Positions 1-8,879 of a DNA stretch of 64,000 nucleotides are shown piece after piece; position 1 is the stretch's first letter, and each line of letters begins with the position of its first letter. Source of the DNA: Bacteroidota bacterium (lineage in GTDB: Bacteria > Bacteroidota > Bacteroidia > Bacteroidales > PUMT01). The position numbers and the translations under genes are program-made. The DNA lies in contig JBBIHY010000001.1 in the NCBI GenBank assembly GCA_037446695.1, forward strand, positions 323,026-387,025, written 5' to 3'. The notes beneath the pieces are model-generated. The model was not told the origin of the DNA and searched no databases. It saw nothing but the letters and a program-made list of their open reading frames with translations.

Positions 1-1187
1 TTCAGTTCCGGGTTGGCTTGCCACAAGCAGGCGGCAAAACCTGTTACCAGGGGAGCGGAAAAGGAGGTGCCAAATGTACGCTTGAAACCTTTTTTACCTG
101 CAGCAAAAACTTCGCCCAAAGCCGCTACATTCGGTTTCATTCTCATGGAGGCATTCGGACCAAAGGAACTGAAATTAATCCTCAGGTGATTTTTTGGATC
201 AATACCACCTATAGAAAGTACTTCTTCTGCATCGGCAGGTGCACCCGCAAATTTCCAGTTTGAATTGCCGTCATTCCCCATGGAGTTTATCACCAGAATC
301 CCTTTGGAGGCAGCAATGCGTGCTGCTTTCGTAATAAAAGTGCTTTTCCCGTCCATCTGGTACGGAAAGTACCTGTGATAAGTATAACCAAGGGAGCTGT
401 TGATGATATCCGCACCATTTTTATCAGCCCATTCCATGGCTGCCATCCAGTTGATTTCCTCAAAGAATGGCTCCCGGCTTACTTCGGTGCGTGCCAGCAG
501 GAACTCTGCTCCTGTAGCAAGGCCGATTGGAATGCTGTCGTACATGCCGGCAATGCATGACAAAACCGAAGTGCCATGAGTATTAAATGAGTATACATTT
601 TCTTTATTTCTCACAAAATCATAGGTTGCCAGAATCTGATTATTGTCCCGCAAATGGGTAAATGCAGGGTGGGTATCGGCCCCCCTGAAGCCGGCATCCA
701 GTACTGCAATCCGTATTCCTTTGCCGTTTATGCCATTTTCATGGAATATGTCCTTATCCATGATGCTGGTTTGCATCATAAGTAAATCCATCTTCGGGAT
801 TGAAGACCCCATCTGAAGCCGATTTGTTCTTTTTACCTTATATCTGCCAACTGGTTCAATCCTTTTTACAAACGGCAGTTGCGAAATAATGGCGAGTTGA
901 TTTGTGCCTGCTTTAACAGCAACAGCGTTTAACCAGCGACTTTCAAAAAGGATTTCAGTGGTTATTTTTTCGACTGACTTAAGGAATTCAGGGTTAACAG
1001 GAAAATCAGTTTCACAGGAAAGAGGAATTCTCATCGAAATTCTTTTCTCAATAGTTCTTGCATTAAAATAGCCATAAGGATCAAAATCCTGCTGCCCTTT
1101 TTCGGTAAAGTAAATCCAATACCTGTTTCCTGAAAAAGCATGCAACGACAATAAAAAGGCTGCGGCAAGAAAAATATTTCTCTTCAT
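1..1187 (-). CDS. S8 family subtilisin-like serine peptidase (C-terminus lies beyond the window edge)
   Basis: Not in the ORF track because it runs off the window. My minus-strand translation from the ATG at 1187 gives signal peptide MKRNIFLAAAFLLSLHAFS. It then shows FNTHGTSVLSCIAG (catalytic His block) and GTSFSAPLVTGFAACLW (catalytic Ser block). Confidence 0.85.
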   Translation of the reverse strand, partial: MKRNIFLAAAFLLSLHAFSGNRYWIYFTEKGQQDFDPYGYFNARTIEKRISMRIPLSCETDFPVNPEFLKSVEKITTEILFESRWLNAVAVKAGTNQLAIISQLPFVKRIEPVGRYKVKRTNRLQMGSSIPKMDLLMMQTSIMDKDIFHENGINGKGIRIAVLDAGFRGADTHPAFTHLRDNNQILATYDFVRNKENVYSFNTHGTSVLSCIAGMYDSIPIGLATGAEFLLARTEVSREPFFEEINWMAAMEWADKNGADIINSSLGYTYHRYFPYQMDGKSTFITKAARIAASKGILVINSMGNDGNSNWKFAGAPADAEEVLSIGGIDPKNHLRINFSSFGPNASMRMKPNVAALGEVFAAGKKGFKRTFGTSFSAPLVTGFAACLWQANPEL

Positions 1188-1230
1188 ATTAGAAATTGCT
1201 GAATTTGCTGTTTAAAGATTAAAACCTTCA

Positions 1231-2883
1231 TTACCTGATAACTTCATTCAGAATTTGTCCGGTGGCTATTTGTGGTGGAGATATACCCAGCAGAGTTGCA
1301 AGGGTTGGAGCAATAGCTGTAATATCGACAAAACGGTTCACAGGTGAGCGGTTCATTTTCCAGCCATACCATATCAAAGGGACATGATTCTCTGTTACGG
1401 GCAGTGAATTGGCTGAATTGATATTATTGACCCGTTCATTCCATCCCGGTTGAAGAACGATGATGATATCCCCTGACCTTTTCTGCAGGTAACCGTTTTG
1501 CAATTTTTGGTTCAGTCCGCTGCTGAAGTGGTTATTCTGAAAAACATGCGCCGGAATTGCAACTGAAATTCCGTTAAACTGGAGCATAAAACGGGCAATT
1601 TTATCCTGGATTTCAATAAGATTAAGTTTGGAGTCTTCAATTAACTGGTGGTTGAGGTAAATTTGCCTGGAGTGATATGCTTTCACCCAATCGCCATTTC
1701 CAAGAGTAGCATTTAAATAACTTCTAAGAAGAATCATTGCCTGCATCTGGTTGAAGGTGCCAGCCGGCATACCTGCATTTTCAAGATAGGCTGCATTGTG
1801 ATTGGCGCCTTTGTCGGAGGTGAGAATAACCAGCACATTTTCTTTACCATAATTTTCGTCAATAAAGCTCAGAAAATGAGCAATGTCTCTATCGAGTTGA
1901 ATGTAGGCATCCTGCATTTCCATTGAAAGAATGCCAAATCTGTGCCCAATATTGGCTGTGGTCGCAAAACTAACGAACAGAAAATCAGGAACTTCGTTCT
2001 GTCCCAGTTTTTCGCTTACCAGAAGGGAGAGGGTAAAATCTTTTGTAAAGGTATTACCAAACGGCGTAAGGGTGAGCAAATCAAAGCGGGCCGCCCTGCC
2101 CCTGATTTTTTTCAAATCGTAAGGGAAATTCCTGTTTTGTGAATCAAATGGTGTTTTGTAGGGATTGTTTTCGGACAGGCTTTCTGAGTATTGATCAAGG
2201 GGAAGAGAAAGTTCCCATTTTCTTCCCAGGTAAATTTCGGGGAATTTTTTTGCATTGAATTCCTTTACCCATTCAGGAAGTGTTTCCAAATAACGGGAAC
2301 TGGTCATCATTGCACCGGTTTCATTATCAAACCACCAGGAAGCATTTGCCAGGTGCCCACCTCCGAATATTGAAGCTTTTTCATTGAGGGATACAGCAAA
2401 AACACGGGATTTTTTGTTATTGGACAGTCGCAGTTCATCAGTAACTGTTGAGCCAAAAAGATTTCCGGCTGAACGCATTCCCATTGCGGGTGTACCTCCA
2501 ACTCCCTTAAACGCTTCATCATCAGTGCTCTCAATGATACGGTCTTTTAGCTGATGGTACCACTCATCGGCAATTATTCCGTGTGAGGATGGGTTACTGC
2601 CGGTCATAAGGGTGGCAATTCCACTTCCGGTATGATTAAGCATATACCCGTAGCTGGCATTTCTAAAATAGGTTCCTTCGTTTACCAGGCGCTTAAATCC
2701 ATTAGACTCAAATTTTTCCCAGTAGCGCTGCAGGTAATCATTCCGCATTTGCTCAACAACCAGGATAATGACCAGTTTAGGTTTTTCGGGTGGAATGCGT
2801 TTGCTTTCCTGGGAAAATAATTCAAACTGGGCAGGAATACAAAAAACGCCAAAAAGCAGAAGAGCGAAAAAATACTTGTTCAT
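1231..2883 (-). CDS. PafA-like alkaline phosphatase / nucleotide pyrophosphatase family protein
   Basis: 550-aa ORF with signal peptide MNKYFFALLLFGVFCIPAQ. Blocks LVIILVVEQMRNDYL and NHTGSGIATLMTGSNPSSHGII match the AlkP-superfamily PafA-type enzymes of Bacteroidota. Confidence 0.8.
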   Translation of the reverse strand: MNKYFFALLLFGVFCIPAQFELFSQESKRIPPEKPKLVIILVVEQMRNDYLQRYWEKFESNGFKRLVNEGTYFRNASYGYMLNHTGSGIATLMTGSNPSSHGIIADEWYHQLKDRIIESTDDEAFKGVGGTPAMGMRSAGNLFGSTVTDELRLSNNKKSRVFAVSLNEKASIFGGGHLANASWWFDNETGAMMTSSRYLETLPEWVKEFNAKKFPEIYLGRKWELSLPLDQYSESLSENNPYKTPFDSQNRNFPYDLKKIRGRAARFDLLTLTPFGNTFTKDFTLSLLVSEKLGQNEVPDFLFVSFATTANIGHRFGILSMEMQDAYIQLDRDIAHFLSFIDENYGKENVLVILTSDKGANHNAAYLENAGMPAGTFNQMQAMILLRSYLNATLGNGDWVKAYHSRQIYLNHQLIEDSKLNLIEIQDKIARFMLQFNGISVAIPAHVFQNNHFSSGLNQKLQNGYLQKRSGDIIIVLQPGWNERVNNINSANSLPVTENHVPLIWYGWKMNRSPVNRFVDITAIAPTLATLLGISPPQIATGQILNEVIR

Positions 2884-2947
2884 GGATTAATTTGGGAAAA
2901 AAAATGAATTTAAACTCAATATTAACGGAAAAAACAGAATCTGATTT

Positions 2948-4657
2948 TTATTGCCTGATAAAAATTATCTTTCTTGTGTGATAGGCATCCCCAATCCTTA
3001 TTCTTATCAGGTTCAGCCCCTGCGATAATTTTGTGGCATCAAGGGGAAGAATTACTTCACCTGCATTGTATTCACGGGGGGGGAATGCTGAGATTTTTTT
3101 CCCTGTAAGGTCATATATGTCCACTGTGATTATGGTTCTTTCGAGTATAAAAATTCTTATTTCACCTGTATTGACAACAGGGTTTGGCACAATAATGACA
3201 GTATCCCTCTCAGGCAACTCCAATTCAGGTTCAAGCTCAATATTCAGAGTGATTGCCTGCTTGTTAATCACCTGCACTGTATTTATGGTTTTGGTTTTAT
3301 AACCGTAAGAAGAAACTCTTGCCGTATATACTCCCTGTGTAGCAGGTCTGAAATAAAAGCCTGTTTTTTTATCGGAATACACCCAGGATGAATCGGCATC
3401 GTGGTTGACCAGTTCGATCCTGGCCTGCAGGGGCAGGCCTGTTGATGCATCGGTTACTTTCCCCCTCATTCCGTAAAGAACCTGCTCCATGTAGTTTAAC
3501 AGGGAACGGTAATTGTATTCCCAGAAATAATCAAGTGTGTCAGGGGGGGGGTTCTTTGGATTGCTCAATTCAACCGTAACCTCTCTTCCTCCGGCAAAAT
3601 AGGTGATATAGTCCTGCTGGCCTCCGGATATTACATACCAGTCGCCCCCTGCAACGAACCCCTGGGGTCTTACACTTGTGAGATAACCCGGTGGGCTGAA
3701 AAACTGGGCTGTGTCGGCATATTCTTTGGAAATATTGCGAAACCAGGTATAGTCAGGGTGCTTTTTTACAGAAGATTTCCAGGAATCCCAGGGAAAATTG
3801 ACCACTTCGGCACCCCCGTGAAAATTGGCCGACATGGTCACAACCATTGTATCGAGAAAGGCCATCATGGCAAGGGTTTCGGGTTGGTAGGGATCAGGGA
3901 TTCTTTCAGGTTTTGGGAAAGGATCGGGATAATTTCTGTTTAAATCATAATTGTTGGCATTAAACCTTTTTGGGGAAGAAATGGTATTGCCATCACCTCC
4001 AAAGTAGGCCCCATCGGGGTTGAACAGCGGATTTATGTAAATTTCAATCTTATCCAGCAGTTGGGTTATCCTGCCGTTCGTTCCGTAACCGGAAAGCAGG
4101 TAGTCTATGAGCCTAAGCATGAGCACAAAACCAACTGTCTCATCCCCATGCATGCTGGAGGAGTACATGAATCTGGGTTTTTCGCCAGAAGGAATTGCCC
4201 CTGAAGTTATTTTCAGAAACCACAGATCCCTGTTCTGTACCGATTTACCAATGGAAAAGAGACTGCATAACTGTGGATAGCTGGTTTCAAATTCCTGCAT
4301 CATAGACAAATACTGTGCATAGGTGGGATAGTAGTCCCAGTCTCCGGAGGCAGTATATTTTGGATGAAAGGCCTCACCCGGGGCAGGCATTACCCTGAAG
4401 GGTAATTTCATTTTCAGAAAATTATCAAAATTCTCCTTGTTTGCATAGGCATAAATACTGTCAAAAGAAATATTGTCAACAGACAAAATTCTTAGTATTT
4501 TTTGAAATTCAACCTGTTGTGGCATTGGAATTACTATATAAACTTCGCCTCTCCTGTTTAAATAATCAATGGCCTTTTGAGTATTGTCCTGGGCTGAAAT
4601 AATAGCCGTAAAGCTGACAATAATTAAAAAGCTTATGATTTTTAAGTATTTCAACAT
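2948..4657 (-). CDS. M14 family zinc carboxypeptidase with T9SS (Por) C-terminal sorting domain
   Basis: 569-aa ORF with signal peptide MLKYLKIISFLIIVSFTAIISAQ. It has the HxxE zinc motif SSMHGDETVG and an NRNYP block. The last ~80 aa (VPNPVVNTGEIRI...DIYDLTGKKI...LIRIRIGD) look like a T9SS CTD. Confidence 0.8.
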   Translation of the reverse strand: MLKYLKIISFLIIVSFTAIISAQDNTQKAIDYLNRRGEVYIVIPMPQQVEFQKILRILSVDNISFDSIYAYANKENFDNFLKMKLPFRVMPAPGEAFHPKYTASGDWDYYPTYAQYLSMMQEFETSYPQLCSLFSIGKSVQNRDLWFLKITSGAIPSGEKPRFMYSSSMHGDETVGFVLMLRLIDYLLSGYGTNGRITQLLDKIEIYINPLFNPDGAYFGGDGNTISSPKRFNANNYDLNRNYPDPFPKPERIPDPYQPETLAMMAFLDTMVVTMSANFHGGAEVVNFPWDSWKSSVKKHPDYTWFRNISKEYADTAQFFSPPGYLTSVRPQGFVAGGDWYVISGGQQDYITYFAGGREVTVELSNPKNPPPDTLDYFWEYNYRSLLNYMEQVLYGMRGKVTDASTGLPLQARIELVNHDADSSWVYSDKKTGFYFRPATQGVYTARVSSYGYKTKTINTVQVINKQAITLNIELEPELELPERDTVIIVPNPVVNTGEIRIFILERTIITVDIYDLTGKKISAFPPREYNAGEVILPLDATKLSQGLNLIRIRIGDAYHTRKIIFIRQ

Positions 4658-4665
4658 TCCAGTTG

Positions 4666-5751
4666 TTAAACATTAAAGCGGATATTCAGAAGATCTCCAT
4701 CCTGCACAGTATAATTCTTACCTTCAACAAATAGCTTTCCTTTATCCCTGCATGCAGCTTCGGAACCTAAGGTAATAAAATCATTATATTTCATCACTTC
4801 GGCCCTGATAAAACCTCTTTCCAGGTCACTATGGATCACTCCTGCAGCCTGGGGTGCAGTCATTCCTTTTTTAATAGTCCATGCCCTGATTTCTTTTGGG
4901 CCTACCGTGAAAAATGTTTGCAGGTTCAGCAGGTGATAGGCTGCACGGATTAACTTGTTTATACCGGGCTCATTGAGACCAACTGCCGAGAGAAATTCCT
5001 TCCTGTCTGCCGGATCTTCCAGTCGAGCGATTTCTGCTTCGGCTGCAGCCGCTATGACCAGCACTTCTGCATTTTTTCCTTCCAGTGACTTAATTGTTTT
5101 TTCAGAATATGGATTACCTGTTGCAGCAGAGGCCTCGTCTACATTGCAAACATAAATAACAGGTTTATCTGAAAGAAGAAACAAATCGGCCACCCATTTT
5201 TTTTCAGCCTCATTTACAGGAACAGTTCTTGCCGATTGAAAAGTTTCAAAATGGCTTTTGTAAACCTGTAATACCTCCAGGCCTTTTTTAGCATCTTTAT
5301 CGCCAACTTTGGCTGCTTTTTCGAGTTTTTGTATTTTTTTTTCCACAGATTCCAGATCCTTAATCTGCAATTCCAGTTCTATGGTTTCCATGTCGCGAAC
5401 CGGGTCAATTGTAATACCGCTGTGGGGAACTGTATCATTCTCAAAACATCTGAGAACATGAATGAGTGCATCGGTATTTCGCACCTCAGAGAGAAACCTG
5501 TTACCCGATCCATCACTACCTCCTTTTGTAAGTCCTGGTATATCAACCATCTCCATAGTGGTGTGAACAATCTTTTGTGTTGACTGGTATTTTTCCAGTT
5601 CATATAACCTGTAATCCGGTACGTTAATCACACCTATATTGGCTTTGATTCCTCCACCTGCCAATTGTGATTTTCCACCTGAAAAGCCACAATTAAAGAG
5701 AGTGGTTTTTCCTACATTAGTCAACCCAATAATACCGCACTTTAATGCCAT
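4666..5751 (-). CDS. ychF: redox-regulated ATPase YchF (Obg-like family)
   Basis: Aligns end to end with E. coli YchF: P-loop GLTNVGKTTLFN, DIPGL, NVDE, C-terminal TGS-like ...GFIRAEVMKYNDF...DGDLLNIRFNV. The start is set at MALKCGIIG (5751) rather than the upstream ORF-track start. The switch I block is atypical (see findings). Confidence 0.9.
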   Translation of the reverse strand: MALKCGIIGLTNVGKTTLFNCGFSGGKSQLAGGGIKANIGVINVPDYRLYELEKYQSTQKIVHTTMEMVDIPGLTKGGSDGSGNRFLSEVRNTDALIHVLRCFENDTVPHSGITIDPVRDMETIELELQIKDLESVEKKIQKLEKAAKVGDKDAKKGLEVLQVYKSHFETFQSARTVPVNEAEKKWVADLFLLSDKPVIYVCNVDEASAATGNPYSEKTIKSLEGKNAEVLVIAAAAEAEIARLEDPADRKEFLSAVGLNEPGINKLIRAAYHLLNLQTFFTVGPKEIRAWTIKKGMTAPQAAGVIHSDLERGFIRAEVMKYNDFITLGSEAACRDKGKLFVEGKNYTVQDGDLLNIRFNV

Positions 5752-5947
5752 TACTTCAAAAAAAATTGTAAAAACCAAAATAATGGCAGCAAATTTAATT
5801 GATAAATATGACTTCTGTTCATTACCAGATTGTCCGGTAAGTACAAATTCATTTTAAATTGGAAGATTGTTGGTTTTTTCCATAAGGTTCATTCCTTTTC
5901 TTCAACCCAAAAACCTTACTTTTACCCAAAAAAATTCATTTTTAACT

Positions 5948-8005
5948 ATGAGTAAAGATCCAATTACTGAACGCGCAGCTGATAATATCCGCATTCTTTC
6001 AGCAGCCATGGTAGAAAAGGCAAAATCAGGCCACCCGGGCGGTGCTATGGGAGGGGCCGATTTTATTAACATTTTATATACTGAATTCCTGAATTTTGAC
6101 CCTTCCGATCCTTCATGGTTCCTGAGGGACAGGTTTTTCCTGGATCCGGGCCATATGTCACCCATGATTTATTCGGTTCTCACTCTTTGTGGGTTATTTA
6201 CCATGGATGAGATAAAAAATTTCAGGCAATGGGGAAGTCCAACCCCTGGTCATCCGGAGCTTGATCTGGCGCGTGGAGTCGAGAATACATCAGGCCCGCT
6301 TGGACAGGGTCATGCCATGGCTGTAGGCGCTGCCATTGCAGAAAGATTCCTGGTTTCACGATTTGGTGACTGGATGTCCCACAAAATCTACACTTTTATA
6401 TCCGATGGAGGTATTCAGGAAGAAATTGCACAGGGGGCAGGAAGAATTGCAGGATTCCTTGGACTAAGCAACCTCATTATGTTTTTCGATTCCAACGACA
6501 TCCAGTTATCTACTCCTACAAGTTATGTTACCATTGAAGATACCGCCAAAAAATATGAAGCATGGGGCTGGAAGGTGATTTCAATAAATGGTAATAATTC
6601 ATCGCAAATCAGGGCAGCATTGGAAATGGCTGTGGAAGAAAAACATAAACCGGTTCTGATTATCGGGAAAACGATTATGGGTAAGGGAGCTGTGGATGAT
6701 GCAGGCGTTAGTTTTGAGGGAAAGACTTCTACTCATGGCATGCCATTGAGTGAAGCCGGTGCCTCTTTTGAAAAGACAATCAGGAACCTTGGTGGCGACC
6801 CGAGCGATCCTTTCAGAATTTTTCAGGATGTTGAGAATTACTATGCAGACTGGATGAAAATTAAAATACGCTCAGCCCAGGAGAGGAAAAGGAAACAAAT
6901 GGATTGGGAAAAGGAAAATCCTGATTCCGCTGCGAAGCTTAATTCCTTTCTGCTTGGTAATTTGCCGGACCTGGACTTCGAAAATGTTGAAATGAAACAA
7001 GGTATTGCCACCCGGACTGCTTCAGGGACCTTGTTATCCTATTTCTCGGGGCGGATTGAGAATATGATTGTTTCATCGGCTGATTTGGCAAACAGCGACA
7101 AAACAGATGGCTTTCTGAAAAATACCAGTCCGTTGAGAAAGGGAGATTTCTCGGGGGCCTTTCTGCATGCCGGCGTTTCGGAACTGACAATGGCTGCTTT
7201 AATGAACGGTTTGGCTTTGCACGGCGGTGTAATACCTGCCTGTGGTACTTTTTTTGTGTTTTCTGATTTTATGAAACCGGCAGTCAGGCTGGCAGCTCTT
7301 ATGGAATTACCGGTTAAATATATCTGGACACACGATGCATTCAGGGTTGGAGAGGACGGCCCAACGCATCAGCCTGTAGAGCAGGAGGCGCAAATTCGTT
7401 TACTGGAACAGTTAAAAAACCACTCTGGCCGAAGGGCTATGCTGGTTTTGCGACCTGCTGATAGTGCGGAAACGAAAATAGCCTGGCAGATGGCTCTTGA
7501 AAACTCCCATACTCCCACTGCCCTGATATTATCAAGACAGAATATTAAGGATTTGCCAGCCAGGGAAGGCTCAGACAGGTTGAAGGATGCCCGGGAGTGT
7601 CGCAAGGGTGCATATGTGGTAAAAGATTATTCCGGTAAGCCAGATATTATCCTTATTGGGAATGGTTCGGAAGTATCTACCCTTTACGATGCATCTGAAT
7701 TGCTTGAAACAGAGGCAAAAATTAAGACAAGAATCATATCTGTTATTTCAGAGGGATTATTCAGGGACCAGGAGGAGCTATATCAAAAGAATACAATTCC
7801 TGAGGGAATCCCCGTGTTTGGGTTAACAGCAGGCCTGCCTGTAACATTGGCAGGATTGGTGGGTGAAAAGGGACATGTCTTCGGCCTGGACCATTTTGGA
7901 TATTCTGCACCCGCAAAAGTACTGGATGAGAAATTTGGATTTACTCCTGAAAATGTGAAGAGGGAAGTACTAAAATATCTCAGTGATTTTCATAAACGGA
8001 AATAA
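5948..8005 (+). CDS. tkt: transketolase
   Basis: 685 aa counted from the ATG at 5948 (MSKDPITERAADNIRILSAAMVEKAKSGHPGG). It has the TPP-binding GDG block (FISDGGIQEE) and the THDAFRVGEDGPTHQPVE block. Confidence 0.92.
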   Translation: MSKDPITERAADNIRILSAAMVEKAKSGHPGGAMGGADFINILYTEFLNFDPSDPSWFLRDRFFLDPGHMSPMIYSVLTLCGLFTMDEIKNFRQWGSPTPGHPELDLARGVENTSGPLGQGHAMAVGAAIAERFLVSRFGDWMSHKIYTFISDGGIQEEIAQGAGRIAGFLGLSNLIMFFDSNDIQLSTPTSYVTIEDTAKKYEAWGWKVISINGNNSSQIRAALEMAVEEKHKPVLIIGKTIMGKGAVDDAGVSFEGKTSTHGMPLSEAGASFEKTIRNLGGDPSDPFRIFQDVENYYADWMKIKIRSAQERKRKQMDWEKENPDSAAKLNSFLLGNLPDLDFENVEMKQGIATRTASGTLLSYFSGRIENMIVSSADLANSDKTDGFLKNTSPLRKGDFSGAFLHAGVSELTMAALMNGLALHGGVIPACGTFFVFSDFMKPAVRLAALMELPVKYIWTHDAFRVGEDGPTHQPVEQEAQIRLLEQLKNHSGRRAMLVLRPADSAETKIAWQMALENSHTPTALILSRQNIKDLPAREGSDRLKDARECRKGAYVVKDYSGKPDIILIGNGSEVSTLYDASELLETEAKIKTRIISVISEGLFRDQEELYQKNTIPEGIPVFGLTAGLPVTLAGLVGEKGHVFGLDHFGYSAPAKVLDEKFGFTPENVKREVLKYLSDFHKRK

Positions 8006-8112
8006 TTTGAGTGGGAATGCTTTGTTTTAAGCAGAAGATAAGTTATGCTGAATAAATTGCTTTTTCCTACCTTGGTTAATGGATACGCAATTTGCGATAA
8101 GTAATTTAAAAA

Positions 8113-8868
8113 ATGACAACTGAAAGAAAAGAACTTTTAGTGGATTCAAGCAGACAAAGAAGGGGTCTTGTTCTTTTATTGGCATTTATCACTATTGTTA
8201 GCGGATTTTTGATATTTTGGTTCTTCTTTCGTAATAAGCCTCCCAAACCGAAGCCTCTGCCTGAAGTTGTGGAGATCATATATGCCGAAGAAGTTGAAGA
8301 GCAGGATAGCCTCCCGGAAATGCCTCCTGCAAGGAGAGTTATTCGGATGAAACCAATGGATTCACCTACTGCAATTGAATCACACAACCCCAGGCTGGAA
8401 AGCGATTTTGCAGATTTGACGGAAGCACAATTTATGAAGGGCCGGCGAATTCTAAGTGGGGTGGATGTAAGATTGCGGCAGTTGGAATTAAGAAAACCAT
8501 ACATCAGGAATCATTTTCAAAACTTTCTTTTTACAAGGCAGAATAACTATAACCGGAATGAAAACGGAGGAATATCCAATTTATATATTACCCTGAACAA
8601 TGTAAGCGAATTTTCAATTGAGCTTGCAGAAATTCAGGTTCAGTATATTGAGCCCGCGGATGGCATTGTAAAAGCCGAGACTCTTTTTTTTACAAATATT
8701 GAACCTGAAGGTCAACTTACATTAAAAGCCCCTGATAGTTCAAGGAGATCTATTGTGACACATTTTTTCTCCAGAATTGAATCCGTTTCCCTCAATTTTT
8801 GTTATTCCCCGGATAAATGGCAAAAAGATGCCTATGATCCATACAAGTGTAAAACATCGACAAAATAA
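8113..8868 (+). CDS. hypothetical single-pass membrane protein
   Basis: 251-aa ORF with one N-terminal TM segment (GLVLLLAFITIVSGFLIFWFFF) followed by a Pro/Lys-rich linker. I recognise no family. It is tightly followed by the VWA gene. Confidence 0.5.
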   Translation: MTTERKELLVDSSRQRRGLVLLLAFITIVSGFLIFWFFFRNKPPKPKPLPEVVEIIYAEEVEEQDSLPEMPPARRVIRMKPMDSPTAIESHNPRLESDFADLTEAQFMKGRRILSGVDVRLRQLELRKPYIRNHFQNFLFTRQNNYNRNENGGISNLYITLNNVSEFSIELAEIQVQYIEPADGIVKAETLFFTNIEPEGQLTLKAPDSSRRSIVTHFFSRIESVSLNFCYSPDKWQKDAYDPYKCKTSTK

Positions 8869-8879
8869 ATTAGCCTTGG

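Noticed and set aside
18-560. Plus-strand ORFs 18-263 and 375-560 at the window start
   Set aside because: They are antisense to the S8 peptidase gene, whose catalytic His and Ser blocks are read on the minus strand across this interval.
5867-5947. N-terminal extensions from ORF-track starts (tkt 5867, ychF 5778, pdxJ 24532, DMT 53146, ALDH 53158, anti-sigma 10841)
   Set aside because: Conserved protein N-termini begin at the internal Met codons. The extensions overlap promoters or neighbouring genes and encode non-conserved peptides.
8106-8504. Long antisense or overlapping ORFs in the track, for example 8106-8504(-), 14782-15141(+), 38450-38884(-), 43009-43566(+), 52698-53105(+), 53217-53582(-), 59719-60240(+), 62370-62681(+)
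   Set aside because: Each lies entirely within, and opposite to, a gene with strong family motifs. Their translations are low-complexity with no recognisable motifs, so they are shadow ORFs.
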